A stretch of 64,000 nucleotides of DNA. It comes from Gracilinanus agilis. Taxonomy: Eukaryota. This document shows positions 49,705 to 63,639 of the stretch, piece by piece. The notes beneath the pieces are model-generated. The model ran no database searches, was not told the origin of the DNA, and saw nothing but the letters and a program-made list of their open reading frames with translations. The position numbers were made by a program, and so were the translations under genes. The stretch is taken from assembly GCF_016433145.1 (NCBI RefSeq), contig NC_058135.1:277475511-277539510 (forward strand). The letters run 5' to 3'. Within the stretch, counting starts at the first letter, position 1. Each line of letters starts with the position of its first letter.

Positions 49705-52700
49705 AAAAAGTCCCTGACAAGGAAAGTTTGTCATGCTACAGATCTCAAATCTATGAGAATTATTATGACATTTGTATCTTAGCTTTGAAAGGTGGACAAG
49801 CTAACTTTGCCCCATCTTAAGGACCCTGAAACCAATCGCTATCCATCACCCTGATGATGCTAGCCAATGATATGATTTTAGTTCTCTTCTTTGTTCTATA
49901 TTTATAAAAGTGAATTATATATTCAACTCTGGATCTTGAGTATAAAAAGGAGGCAAAATATTGATTCTTTTATTTTGGGGTAAGCACCCTGTTAAAAATA
50001 TTATCTTGTCCAGAGAAATGTGTCTCCAATTATCCTTTTGTTAAATTTTTAAACATGACACTATCTAGGTTGAAGTTAAATTGGATTACACATGATCCTG
50101 CTTGAAGCTCAAACAGTTACTCAAATAAAACACTTTTTAAAAAATACCATTAATATTCAAGGCACCATCTTAGAGAGAGATGTTAAATCAGTGCAGTCAT
50201 TAGTTTATCATTAAAGGTCATTTCTTTTTAGATTTGAATCTTTGCTTATGAAATGATGTCGTAGAATAACAGAATAGGAAGAGACCTTGAAGACCATTTA
50301 ACTTGATATGATTTTAACTCCCATCTTTATACTTAATAGTTGTATGACTGTGATCAGATTTCTTAGTTTCTTTGTACCTTAATTTCATGTATGAAACAAA
50401 GACAATAATACATAGATCATAAGGATTTCTCGAAGCTTCTCTTAGAGGAAGTTTGTAAAAAGTTAAGAAAACCATAAAGTGATTTCAAATGATTGTTGTT
50501 ATTCATTTTACAGATGAAGAAATTGAGCCTTAGGTAGAGGAAATGACTGATACAAGGCCACTTGATAAGTCAAGAGAAGAGTTTTATTCTGTGCTCAGTC
50601 ATTGATCCCCAATATAATTATACTTGCATGTTATAGTGTAAGCTCCCCTTGATAACTAAACTCTTGTTTCTGATTTGGGGATTAGATATTTTGTTGTTAT
50701 GTGACAAATTGAATAGTGAGCCAATGGAGCTAAAGATTTATTGAAGGAATAGAAAATTTATCTTCATGTATTCAAGCTATAGGTTTCTCTGAGAGATGAT
50801 TCACTTTTCAATTGAGCTTTAAGTCACATAGACCAGAGAGTCTTAAAAGATTTGGGATACATTGAAGAAATGTCTTAGTTTGAAAGAAGAGAGGAAAATT
50901 AGAGTGATTTCACTGTAAATCACAACTTAGTTTCTTTTTCTGTTACTAGTCATTGTAACATTTTCTTGTAGTAGCTACTCTCTATCTACTTTCTTCACTA
51001 GAGAATACCTATGTCTACCTATGGACATGGCATTAATTTTTTTTGGTAAATATATTACATTTTTAGTCAGAGGAATAATGTCTGCTTTCTGACTTTGTGA
51101 ATATGATTTAATTCACATGGTCAAAAAATAGCTAATCCTTTCTTTAAGCTATAACAAGCACTGATCTAGCATTTCCCCCATATGAGTTGTCTTCATCATT
51201 AATAATTAAATCAATAGTAGGCATTTATTAGAGATCTACCAAGTACAGATCACTATACTTGGTGCTAGAAATAGAAAGTTTAGGGAAGGCATGGCCCCTG
51301 ACCCTATGAAGCTCAGAATGTCATGGTGGGACTACAATACATAATATTAAATGATATATCTTTATCATAAAGCAATACCCTAAGTTTTTTTTTTTTTTTT
51401 TGCTGACAGCCTGTAGAGAGTTTCCATATAAAGAGTCCCAAACATCACAGGTCCCGATTTTTAAAATCCCATTAAAGGCTGAAAGAACTGGGTTGGATCA
51501 CTTCTTAAGTTAGTAAACTCAAAAGTCTGTTGTCTCTGTCTGTCTTAGGCTCTGAGGGCAAGATGGTGGCCCTCAGTACTAGATCTTCCAAGAACGCTCT
51601 CTGACTACTATATATATCAACAAGGAATGCAGTAGGAAGGAAGGCCAAGAAAGGTTCCTAAGCTAAGAGATCTATACTCCACCCTCCAAACTCTGAGGCT
51701 TGAAAAAAGAACACATAAGAAAATTCTATGTGATAGCAGAAGGTAGAGATTGTTAATTAGAGAGAGGATGAAGGAAGTCTTCTTAGGGTAAGTCTCAGTT
51801 AACTTTTAAAGGATGGAGAGGAATTCAATAGCAGAAAATTAAATAAAAAAGAATTCCATTCATAGAAAATTCCTTGCATAAAGGTTTAGCAACTTGGACC
51901 AATCAATGGAAGAAACACAGTATTTAGAGTCCAATGATCTAGTTTTGAATCCTGTCTACCATTTAACATGCATGACCTTAGACAAGTCACCCACCGCTCA
52001 GACTCAGTTGCCTTGTTTGTAAAATGGGTCATTATGAAGGGATTACGTTAGATGTGTTCTATGACCCCTTCCTATTCTAAGTCTATAATCTCAAAATAGG
52101 AGACAACAATGTGTGATTTTAGGTAGAGAGTATCAGTTTGATTGAAGTATAAGAGTATGGAGGGGAATTAATGTGAGACAAGGCTGGAAGAGTAGCATTG
52201 GGCTAAACTGTTGAGGGCCTATGTGCAATATCTTATAAAAATTATATGGAGAACTACTGAAGATCTGTGAACAGAGATGTCTTTGCTTAACAAATGTATA
52301 TCTGTGAAGATATCTCTCATGATGTATGTAGGGCTGGCTCCTGGGAAAATTCTTTTAACTATTTAAGCTCCAGTTCTTTATCTTCAAAATAGGGGTAACA
52401 ATAGCACCTATATCAAAGGGTTGTTATAAGCTTCAAAAGACAAAATGTAAGTAAAGGGATTTGGAAACTCTAAAGTTCCATATAAATGCTTTATTTTTAT
52501 TGGTGGTGATGGTGGTGTTTTTTTTTAATTAGCAAAAATGCAAACTTCTTGAAGCAAAGGAACACTTTATATCCCATAATATAATACCAAAATATAGTAT
52601 AATACCTAGAGCATAGTACACATTTATTAAATGTTTATTAATGTTTATTAAGTGAAAGGATTCTCTACAGTGGTCAGTCTAGTGAAAAGAAGCATCTCTT

Positions 52701-52824
52701 TAATGTTAATGATGGCTTCTTTTTGTTCAAAAAGATACAAACAATGATATTCCTTAAAATTAACATTGTCAATGTGATATATTTCAGTCTTTATATGTTC
52801 TTCATAATCTTCATTGATTCATAC

Positions 52825-53020
52825 CCTCTCCTTTACTTTCCATCTTAGATTCAATACTGTTTATTGGTTCAAAGGCAGAAGTGCAATATGGGCTAAGCAA
52901 TAGGGGTTAAGAGACTTTCCCAGGGTCACCTAGCTAGAAAGTGTCTGAGGACAAATTTGAGCTGATGACCTCCTCTTCCTAGGCCTGGCTTTCAATCCAG
53001 TGAGTCACCTAGTTGCCTCT
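52825..53020 (-). mobile_element. Diverged SINE1-type SINE
   Basis: CATCTTAGATTCAATACTG..GGCTAAGCAATAGGGGTTAAG..CCCAGGGTCAC..GTGTCTGAGG..AGGCCTGGCTTTCAATCCA..CCTAGTTGCC. Confidence 0.8.
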
Positions 53021-53707
53021 GATTTACATTCTCTTTCACATACTTTCTACACAAACAAGATGCCCTGAAAACCAGCTGAAAACTGCAACAACAACAAAAG
53101 TCCTATCTTTCAACAAGTTTTTTTGATCCACACGACACCAACTAAGTAATAGAATTTCTTTCTTCTATTTCATTGCTTTGACTGGTTATTTTTGCCATAG
53201 TGGTATAGCCTGAGGTCAATTGGCTTCTCAATCAGCACACAATGATGGAAGACCTTTGGCACAGCTATAAATGAGGTCTAGCTTGAAAGATATTTAACTA
53301 GATTTTGGGTAAAAGAAACTTGTTTCTTCATTAATCAGTTGTTCAGTGTCAGATATTTACTATGAAATGACAATAAAATGACAAAATACAGGTCAGACTT
53401 TCACTTCCTTATATTACAGTATCAGAGACATTAAATGATTTGCCCAAAGTTTCACTGTTAGTAAATTTCATAAGAAGGAATTATACTATATGCATATGAA
53501 TAATCACATAATATAAATTGGGAGAGACAGAGATAGAGATGGAGGGAGGAGAAAGGGAGGGAGAGAAAAGGGAGAGGAGGAAGAAAGACATATGCAGAGA
53601 CAGAGATAGAGACAGAGACAGAGACTGAGATTTGGTATCTAGATGGGGGGTTGGGGGATGGGGAGAGTGAAATTTAAGCATGGTATTGAGTAGAACATAA
53701 CACTAAA

Positions 53708-53885
53708 GGGGCAGCTGGGTAGCTCAGTGGATTTAGAGTCAGGCCTAGAGATGGGAGGTCCTAGGTTCAAATCTGGCCTCAGACACTTCCCAACTGTGTG
53801 ACCCTGGACAAGTTATTTAACCCCATTGCCTAGCCCTCACCACTCTTCTGCCTTTGTCTCCAAGGCAGAAGGTAAGGGTTAAAAA
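53708..53885 (+). mobile_element. SINE1-type SINE
   Basis: Full SINE. TSD AGAACATAACACTA at 53692-53705 and 53886-53899. Confidence 0.92.
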
Positions 53886-53914
53886 AGAACATAACACTAG
53901 AATTGGACCTTAAT

Positions 53915-54290
53915 AGAAACTAGAAATTTTACTGTGGCACAATTGAATGTAATGGACTTCCCTACTAGCAGCAATGCAAAGATCCAAGACATTTCTGAGG
54001 GAATTATGAGAAAGAATACTATTCACATCCAGAGAAAGAACTGAGGAAGTAGAAACAGAGAAGAAAAGCAATGCCTTGATCACATGGGTCAATGGAGATA
54101 TGATTGGGGATGCAGACTCTAAATGATCATCCTAGTGCAAATATCAATAATATGAAAATAGGTCTTGATCAATGACATATGTAAAACACAATGAAATTAC
54201 TCATTGGCTATAGGAGGGGGCGGGAGGATGGTTGGAAAAGAACATAAATCATGTAACCATGGAAAAATTCTCTTAATTATTCAATAATTT
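53915..54290 (+). mobile_element. Opossum L1 3'UTR fragment
   Basis: CACATCCAGAGAAAGAACTG..CTTGATCACATGGG..CAATAATATGAAAATAGGTCTTGATCAATGACATATGTAAAAC..CATGTAACCATGGAAAA. Confidence 0.85.
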
Positions 54291-54309
54291 TTTTAAATCC
54301 TAGAAATTT

Positions 54310-55730
54310 TGAGAGATGGAGATGAAGAGGAAATACATTCCATATATAAATAAAGGTGGAGTTAACCAATGAAAAAGGAACGGAGTTGAGAGAAGGAGCA
54401 CTGTTTAGAAGAACATCCAGGACAATTTGGCTGAATAGCAGTACACATAGAGGTAGTAATGTGCAATATGAATGGAAAGATAGATTGGGATCAGATTGTG
54501 AACACTCTATTTTTAAATTAAATGTATTTATATCATAAAGCACTTTAAATGAAAAAAAAAACTTCCTGTAAATATTAGGGAGTCATTGAAGTTGTTGATT
54601 AGAGAAGTGAATGACCAAATTGTGTTCTGGGAAATTAATTTGACAACTCTGCAAAAGATGAATTGGAGTGGTAAGAGGTTTGCATTATGCAAAACAACTA
54701 AAAGAAAATTGTAATATCCCAGCGAAAAGTTATGAAGTTCTGAACTAAGACAGTAGCTACATCAGAAAAGATAATAGAATGTACAGTAAAGATGTTATAA
54801 AGGTAGAATTTAAAGGGTTTGGTAACTGAATAGATGTGTGGAGAACAGAAAAATGAGAAGACAAAGATAACATTAATTTGTGAATCTTCAGTAACTCAAA
54901 GGATGGTTGGTGCCTTTGGCAGAACTTAGAGAAAAGGGGGTCTTTTGTTTGAGGAAGGAGATATTAAAGTAAGTTTTAAAGATACTGATTTGAAATATCT
55001 ATAAGAGTTCTAGTCCAAAATGTCTAGTAAGTATTTGGTGATGAATAACTGGACCTTAACAAGGAGTCTAGAGACACCTGTCATTAACATAGAGATAAGT
55101 CCATGTGAAACTAGGGCAATAGGGAAAAATATATAGAGAAAGAAGAAAAGAAACTCCAGGACAGAGTCATGGGATCGATTATTATTACAGGACACTTTAT
55201 GGATGAAGAACCAGCAAAGAAGACCAATAAGTCAGCAAGATAGATAGAAAAACTAAAGTCATAAAACTCTAGGGAGAAGAGAAAATTCAGGAGGACTGAG
55301 TGGTCAGCAGTATACACAACTGCAGAGAGGTCAAGAAAGATAAGGATTGTGAAAATCCATCAGGTTTGCTTTTCAAAAAGGAAGCTTAAGTTGAATGAAG
55401 AAGCCAGAAGTCAGATTATAGAGGACTTAGAAGAAAATAGGAGAGGAAATGAATGCACTGAGTGTAGACAACTTCTCTAAGGAGTTATTCTGAGAAAAGA
55501 AGAAAATAATGAGATGATAGCACATTGGGAGGGTAGGATCTAGTGAGAAATTTTTGTTTTCTTTTGTGTTAATGATGGTAGAGCATTGGATGTTCATGTA
55601 GGCAACAGGAAGGTCACTGGGTAATGAGAGATGAAAAATTAGAATGTGAAAGAGATTATAGTTACATATGTTGCTTAAAAATGGGACAGTCATTGCCCAT
55701 TGCAAGAAACAAAACTGTCTCTTCTCATAG
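54310..55730 (-). mobile_element. L2 LINE remnant
   Basis: Purine-rich reverse L2 text (GAAGAAACTCCAGGACAGAGTCATGG..GATAAGGATTGTGAAAATCCATCAG..GAGTGTAGACAACTTCTC). Confidence 0.65.
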
Positions 55731-56214
55731 ATAGGAACAGAGAAAGAAAGAATGGAGAGTTACATCAGTGAGTTAAGAATAAAGTTAAGGAAAATAAAAA
55801 TAAAATATGGGTTACAGTTTTCAGGTGTGATGGTGAGGTTAAGAGGGACAGTATAATGTGAGAGACTTAAGGAGTTGACCTCTAACCTCTTATCCATCTC
55901 AGTCATTCTTTATTCTAAGTTCTTCCAATCTGATATCCTATGCCCTATGTTTTAAAGATGTCTTTCTACTTATCATCCAATGTTCTGTGTTCTAAGGTTC
56001 TAGTTTTAACATTCTCCAGTATATTGCATGCTCTAAGGTCCCTTCCAGTTCTAATATTTTATGTTCTAAAGTTCTGCCTAACTCATTTTATGTTGTGAAA
56101 TTAGCTTAATATTTCTATACATTTCCACCTTGTGCATCTGGGGGAAAATAGTTGTCCTTTGGTCCCTATGGATAGTCTGTTACTCTGTTAGCATTAAAAT
56201 TAAAGAATGTTTGT

Positions 56215-56560
56215 CCTCACCTGATGTATCGATAGGAAGGATCCATTGAGTCTAATGGAGCTTGCATTATTTCTAAATCTGTGGGAAACTAGATAAAAAC
56301 ATACATTCCCTTTGGCAGACCCTGAGTCTTGAATTTAGAAGATTCCAGATATGGTATCTGAGTAACAGGTTGTAGCTGAGATATGGTCACTGAATTGATC
56401 AAAGGATGGAATGAACACTTACTGGCCCTACTACAGTGAACAGACATTAATAAAAAATGCCTCTAGTCTTTTGAGATATGGTCTCTGAATGCCCTTGGGT
56501 TCAGCAATCTGAAATGTTTGTCACTGGTGGTAATTAAAAAGTGCAGGTAAACTCTGAGTT
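56215..56560 (-). promoter_or_regulatory. Candidate promoter and first exon(s) of the 47711..48652 OR gene
   Basis: Homeodomain site CACTTTTTAATTA (- strand, 56543-56531), O/E-like CCCTTGGG (56492-56499), and donors CCA|GTAAGT (about 56423) and CAG|GTGAGG (56221) in non-repeat sequence. Confidence 0.4.
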
Positions 56561-57747
56561 GTATTCTCTCCAGTGGCTTTATTAGACTGGTAGACAAATC
56601 ATGGAGAAAGGAGGGAACACAGAATGTATGAACTCTTTTAGGTCACCACTAAATTCTACCCTAACATAAATAGTGTAACACTGATACTTTCTTGCTTCCA
56701 AACTTCTGATCCTTTAAAATTGAGTCAATGATGTCATAAAATGTACAAATAGTTCTGATCATTTAATTTCTTAACCTGTGCTAAAGTATGAAAATAAAGT
56801 AAAGATGCTCCATAAATCCCTCAGGACCAAGAGAGGGATGATGAATATTTAACTACTAGACTTCCAGGCAATAATCTGAATTATTAATATTGTCTCCATA
56901 ACTTTCTCTAACCTAGACAACAACTTTAAAAAAAGAAACAAGACCTGCTTTTTAGTGTTTACTGATTTCCAAAGTACACAGGATTGTATAAATTTTACAA
57001 TCTCCTCTCCCAGGACATTTCCAGATGGTTGCATCATACCACTTGCAGGACTGGCAGTTTTAAAGGACAAATTTCCCTCATTCTTGACTCAACATGATTT
57101 TTAAGCGCAAGGGGTCTCTCAACAAGGACCTAAAGTGTATGACTTTATTAATTAATATTAAGATAATTAATATGAACTTATTTATTTATTAAAATTTACA
57201 GCACATAACTAATCTCCAAAATCCCATATTATTCTTGGTAGATTCCTTATTAGCTCAATATGGGAAAGTCCTGAGTTTCAGGAAGAGGGAAAAGGACCCT
57301 CTTCAGTTCCCCCAGATTCCCAGATGGAGCTTTAGCATTGAAGCATAGATGGTGAGTAACTGATGGGGCTGCTCAGATGCTCATAAGGACAGACTCCACA
57401 ATCTCTAAAGTCAAAATTTCCCCTTCAAGGTCCAGGAGGACTTTAATTTCTATTGACTCAGTAAAGTTAAAGTCTTTAAGGAACAGGATAATTTTCTTTC
57501 ATCTTATTTCCTTTATCAGACCACACCAGGGCTAGTATAATTCTCATCACTCATTTAGTAGCGGGCTATAAACTCACACAAAGTTTATTATAAGAAGGGA
57601 ATTAAACCCAAGTAAATTCCATCTCATTGGCATAGCAAACAGCAGAAGAGCAAATATTAATTTCCTATTTATCCACAGCAGAATTTGTACCTATGATTAG
57701 AAAAACAGTAAGAAACAATAACAACAATAATAATCAACCAGTTTTTA

Positions 57748-58466
57748 TTATTTTAATTATATTTTTATTTTGAATATTTTCCCATAATTACATGTTTCAT
57801 GTTTTTCCCTCTCCCCAAACCTCCCTAACCCCCTTTAGCCAATGCACAATTCCACTGGGTTTTACATGTATCATTGATTAAGATCTAATTCCATATTGTT
57901 GATAGTTGGACTAGAGTTATCATTTAGTTTCTTCATCCCCAATCATATCCCCAAGGTCCCATGTGTTCAAGCAGTTTTTGTTTCCTCTGTGTTTCTCTTC
58001 CCACAGTTCTTCCTCTGACTGTGGTCAGTTTTCTTTCTCATATGCCCCTCAGCCTTGCTCTGGATCCTTGTATTTCTGCTAGTAGAGGAGTCCTTTATGT
58101 TAGATTGTACCACAGTGTACAATGTTCTCTGTGTACAATGTTTTCCTGGATCTGCTCCTTTCACTCTGATTCAATTCCTGGAGGTAATTCCAGTTCACAT
58201 GGAATTCCTCCAGTTCTTTATTCCTTTGAGCGCAATAGTATTCCATCACCAACAGATACCACGATTTGTTCAGCCATTCCCCAATCAAAGGACATTCTCT
58301 CATTTTCCAATTTTTTTGCCACCACAAAGAGCACACCTAAAAATACTTTTGTACAAGCCTTTTTCCTCATTATCTCTTTGGGGTATAAACCAAGCAGTGC
58401 TATGGCTGGATCAAAAGGCAGATAGTCTTTTAAAGACCTTTGGCATAATTCCAAATTGCCATCCAG
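57748..58466 (-). mobile_element. Young 5'-truncated opossum L1 (ORF2 C-terminus and 3'UTR)
   Basis: ORF 58218..58505 reads ILDGNLELCQRSLKDYLPFDPAIALLGLYPKEI, the L1 ORF2 C-terminus. Perfect 19-bp TSD AATAATCAACCAGTTTTTA at 57729-57747 and 58467-58485. Confidence 0.95.
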
Positions 58467-58905
58467 AATAATCAACCAGTTTTTAAAAAAATTATTAAGA
58501 ACCAACTATGTGTCAGGCACTGTGCTAAGTGCTGAGTGTTCAAAGAAATGCAAAAACACCTCCTCTATGTGAATGAACCTTGAGTACATGAAAGGAGTTG
58601 TCTACATAAAAGTCATTTATATTGTACTGGATCCTTATCACAGTGTTATTAAAGAACAGGAAAAGGTATTTGTCTATCTAACTTATAGGTGAAAAAAATG
58701 GAACTAGAAAAATCATGGGGGATGTAGAGTGAAAAGAGAACAAAACTTGGCCTCAGCAGAAAGTAGGATTTGAATTCAGACTGACACTTAATTAGCTGTG
58801 TATAGGCAAATTCTTCATGATTCTCCAGCCTCAGTGTGCCCATCATTCCCCCAAATGGATATCTCCCTGAATCTCCCTCACCAGCTTCTTGTGGGATTCA
58901 AATAC

Positions 58906-59040
58906 ACACACACACATATACTATATATATACATATACACACATATATGCATATATACATGTACATATATATTTATATATGTACAATATAACTTATGCAA
59001 ATAATATATTCATATATGTTTTAAATAAATTATATGTAAA
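58906..59040. repeat. (CA)n/(TA)n low-complexity repeat inside a MIR
   Basis: Direct reading. Confidence 0.85.
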
Positions 59041-59289
59041 ATCCTTTAATACTATTGAGGTACTACTTAATTGATTGTTATTTAAGTTATTGGAACTGTT
59101 GTTCTCTTGTGTCTATAGTACAACCCACAATTCAGCTGTTGAATCAATATTTTTTTCTTTTTTTCCCTCAATTTCAAGGGAGAAAGAATAATTAATTGAG
59201 TCTTTGGTTGATAGAAAATTACTGTAACCTTCATTCTAACTCCTTGAAGGAAGGAAGGAGGAAGGAATCTGTGATCAAGAATGCTACTA

Positions 59290-61545
59290 AGACCAAAGAT
59301 CCAAAATAACAGAGAAATAATCCACTATTTGACAAAAACCTTAGGAAAAACTGAAAGACGATATAACAGAAATTAGGCATAAACCAACATCTCATACCAT
59401 ATACCAAGATAAATCAAAATGGATAACTGATCTAGAAATAAAGGGTGACACCATAAATAAACTAGAGGAACAGAGAAAAGTTTACCTGCCAGACTTATGT
59501 ATGAGGGAAGAATTTATGACCAAATAAGACACAGAGAACATAATCAAAAATTAATGGATAATTTTGATTACATTACATCTGAAGTTTTTGTACAAACAAA
59601 ACCAATACACCCAAGATTAGAAGGGAAACAACAAATAGGGGAAAATGTAAAGCAAGTGTCTCTGACAAAAGCCTCATTTCTCAAACAGATAGAAAATTGA
59701 ATCAATTTTATGAAAATATAAATCATTCTCCAACTGATAAATGGTCAAAACATAGAAAAAGAAAATTCTCAGATAAAAAAATTAAAACTATCTATTATAG
59801 TCATATGAAAATATGCTCCAAATCATTCTTGATTAGTGAAAATTAAAACAACTCTGAGATGCCATGTCATATCAGGATTGACTAATATGACCAAAAAGGA
59901 AAATAAGAAATATTGAAGTGATATGGATAAGTGGAGACTCTAATATACTGCTGGTGGAACTGTGAACTGATACAATAGTTCTGGAGAGCAATCTGGAATC
60001 ATGTCCACAGGGTCATAAAGCTATATATAACCTTTGACTAAGCCCTACCATCACTGAGTCTATAACCCAAAAAGATCAGAGATGGGGGAAAATGACCTAC
60101 TTGTACAAAAAAATAGCAGCTCTTTTTATAGTGGCAAAGAATTGGAAACTGAGGGGTTATCAATGAATTGTGGAAAGGCTATGGCATATGGTTGTAATGG
60201 AATACTATTGCACCCTAAGAAGTGATAAACAGGATAAGTTCAGAAAACCTGGAAAGATTTGTACGAACTGATATAAGGAAAAATGAGTAGAACCAGGAGA
60301 ATAGGTATGCAGTGATAGAAATATTGTACAATGATCAACTGTGAAGGACTAAATTCTTGTCAGTAAAACAAGATCCCAAGATAACCCCAAGACATTCATG
60401 ATTAAAAGTGCTATTCACAGCCAAAGAAGAAACTTGTGAGAAATATTTTAGTAGACTCTTGCCATTTATAGATCAATTATTATCAATATTATCCATTTTA
60501 ATGTGAATCCATCAGGATAGTGATTAATTCCTAGATATTTCCTCTTAAAGATAATCAACTAATCTTAAAGCAATAGGAGTAATTAAATGTAGGTTACAGT
60601 AGAATAAGTTTTTTTCCTCATGTTAAATTTATAATAAACTTTATAACCTGTCAGCATGACTGACTTGCAAGATAAGAGAAAGAAACCCTCACCCTAGGAC
60701 TAAACATTTAAGCTTTATATGATAGGCTATATGATAGAAATGTGGAAAGATGCAATACATTTTAAAAACCCTTCATGCCGTATCATTTCTTCCTCATGAA
60801 CCATCCCAGGTAGGTCTGGACAAATGACTAGAACTAAGAACTAGCAACCTTACCCAATCATATCAGCTCAGAGTCCATTGCTAGGGTTTCCAAGGCCTGT
60901 TGGTGAAAGTAGACGTCATGAAGATGTGGTGTAGATAGGTTAATTGCCCTAAGGATTAGGTTGCAGAAGAGCAAATGCTAGATGTACACCTTATTGTCTG
61001 GTAGTAACATGACTTAGGAGGTGTATCAAGAGTTTGGAATCCACCAATGAAACAACACATTTCTTGCTAGAGTGTCCCATATCATAAGGATAGAGTTGGG
61101 CACCAAAGGGAATAAAAGCTGTACACTGGAAAAGATAGGGGTCTCAGACCATGAGGAAGGTCTGGGATCCTATTTGTAGGAGGGAGCTATGTCCCTTTAA
61201 TAAATATTTATCAGCTCAGAGCACTGCCTCAGTAGTTTTAATGAAAATTGGATAAATTTCTGGGGTTACGAACTATTGAATCTGACTGCAGATCAAAATA
61301 TGCCAACTTCACTTCATGAGTTTTTTTATTGTATGTGTGATAAGAGTCTTTTATCTTAGCATATGGAAATATAGAAATATACATTACATGAAAGCACTGG
61401 TACAACCTATATCAAACTACTTACCACTTCAGGTAGAAATGGAAGGGAGAAAAGAAGAGAATTGGAATCACAAAATGTCAGAAAACAATTGTCAAGAATG
61501 GGTTCTACATGATTTCTACATGAGATTGAAAAAATAAAATAAAAA
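59290..61545 (+). mobile_element. Older marsupial L1 3' half (ORF2 C-terminus and 3'UTR), split by a solo LTR
   Basis: ORF2-like text at 59290-60300. The 3'UTR stops at CTATTCACAGCCAAAGAAGAAACT and resumes at AACTATTGAATCTGACTGCAGATC, ending in AAAATAAAATAAAAA. Confidence 0.85.
60435..61270 (+). mobile_element. Solo LTR (836 bp, ERV1-type 4-bp TSD) inserted in an L1 3'UTR
   Basis: Starts TGTGAG, ends GGGGTTACG (CA->CG). TSD AACT at 60431-60434 and 61271-61274. AATAAA at about 61111 and 61199. It cleanly interrupts L1 sequence. Confidence 0.75.
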
Positions 61546-63639
61546 GAATGCTTGTAAGAGTCTCTACTTTGCATGAAATCTGAGAGAATGAACCGGCAAA
61601 TAGAAAAACTGAACCAATCTCTGTGAAACACATTATACTACACGAAAACAAGTTATTATGAGTGCATAACTATGGGTTAAGAATTGCAGCTACTTGTCTC
61701 TTTTTGGTTCCTACAATAATACACATTTCTCCACAGCATTTTTATGTAAAAAAGTAAAAAAAAGTATGTTTATTATTATTATGCAAAGATCCAGAAATTT
61801 AGCTTGCAACAGAAAACACAAAAGAATAAACAGATGAGAACACCAGAAATAAGAGATATAGAAGAGAAAGATAACATCACCAAATTTGAGGAAGCAAAAC
61901 AACGGCTAAATATTCCAGTTGGGAAGTCCCATGACATAGCATCCAGGGTCCCATTCAGGAAAATGATCCAGATGGAGCTCCTTTTCCATGGGTAAGACTC
62001 CAAAGTCTACTTTCCAGAAGGGGATTCCTATTGAACCTCTAACAAAGGCTTTTTGCCAACTGTATTTTGCAAAACTGCTTCTAGGGCCTCAGTGACCTGG
62101 CCAAGGTCCTGATTTCCAAGAAACAGCTAAGCAAAACATGTCTCAAAATTTAGACAACTCATGAAGACAACACATTCCACGAGACAAGGGTTCTCACAGA
62201 AAGGTCCTGATGGTCACAGAGAACTTGGAGTCTGCTGAGAGCTCTGGCCAAAAGCCAAAGCAGTCCTAGTCTCTGCTGATGAATATGAGGCCTATGATAT
62301 AAAACAAGTGAGATTTATTTAATTTTATTTTAATGCTTCAAAGAATTGTATTAACTCTATTTATTATAAAACCTTCACTTACATGGATGGGAACTTCAAT
62401 AAACAGTAGGCCCTTTGGTTAAAATAGCAATGGAATACATTGTCCAATTCTGGAAATATCCAAGCATAGGCTGAACCATTACTTTAAATTCTTGTAGATT
62501 GTGATTGTTGCATTTGATTTGGGAATGAAGAGAGATGGCATAGGATAATAGCCCTTAGAAATGGAAGCCATATCAGAAAGACTATAAGGCCAAAACAGTC
62601 ATTTTATAGATGTATAAACTGAGGCCTGAAGACAGAAAGTGATTTATTAAAGATATCCTAATAATAAATGAAAACATTAGAATTAAAACAGATATTCTGA
62701 ATTCAAATCCAATGTTCTTTTCATTTGACAATTCTAGGTTTGTTGGGTGTTAAAATGCTATAATTCTGAATTAAATATTTCTTAGAATATGAAGTGATGA
62801 ATTATTAAATGTCTTTTATTTCACCTTAAAGCAGGTATCTGATTATGCTCAAAGATCCATATTGTGAGGATAATAAAGGGTCAAATTATTCTTTATTATA
62901 ACCCCAGATGGAGGGTTATTGTTTGACTATATATATATGTTTTTTATATATATGAATTGTGTATTTATATCCTGAGGAGAGAAATACCTGGGTGAATAAA
63001 GGAAGGAGATTTTCTTAAAAGAAGAGAATCTGGAAAGACCTATTATAGAGAATGAAGATCATTTCTGGTACAGTGAATTATATGTATAGAAGCATCAAGA
63101 CAAAAATCTGCTTTCACGGAGCAGTATACATGGTGAGCAGTAAAAATAATTTTAAAAATTGGGTTGGGGTTGTAGAATGTGTTGAAGGATAACACCAAAA
63201 CACTCATAGATGTACTGAGCATTTTGAGTTTCATACACTGGCAAAAATAGGTCACCTAGGTCTTTGATTCTCACTGTACTCAGGCTCAAATAATATCACT
63301 TCCTTATCAAATCTGTTTCCAAAGTGTATCAATATTATCACATTCTCTTCTCCCTCTTTCCAAGGCCAATCTACAAAGGAATAATGGATATAGTAAGTTG
63401 AGAAGAGTTTACATAATAATTACAATGAGCATACCCCATAATTATAAAATAAGGTAATTAGACAAATACGCTTAATTTGTTCAGGCTATAATGAGGAGGG
63501 GGAGGAGTGCAAACTAAATGAGACACTGCTACTATTATCATTTTTGTCATCAGCAAAGAATGAATCAGGAATAACTGAAAATAGGACTCATTAGAAATAG
63601 CATCTTTTTACACATTGCTGACTGATTGGTCAAGAGGAC

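Noticed and set aside
21064-52721. Identical 17-mer GTTAATGATGGCTTCTT at 21064 and 52705
   Set aside because: A single 17-mer match is plausible by chance in 64 kb of AT-rich DNA, and the flanks do not extend the alignment.
57961-58505. Cluster of overlapping 65-154 aa ORFs
   Set aside because: All lie within a truncated L1. Only 58218..58505 is a real ORF2 remnant.
61620-62330. Possible reverse-oriented LTR remnant
   Set aside because: The composition looks LTR-like, but no ends or TSD could be defined.
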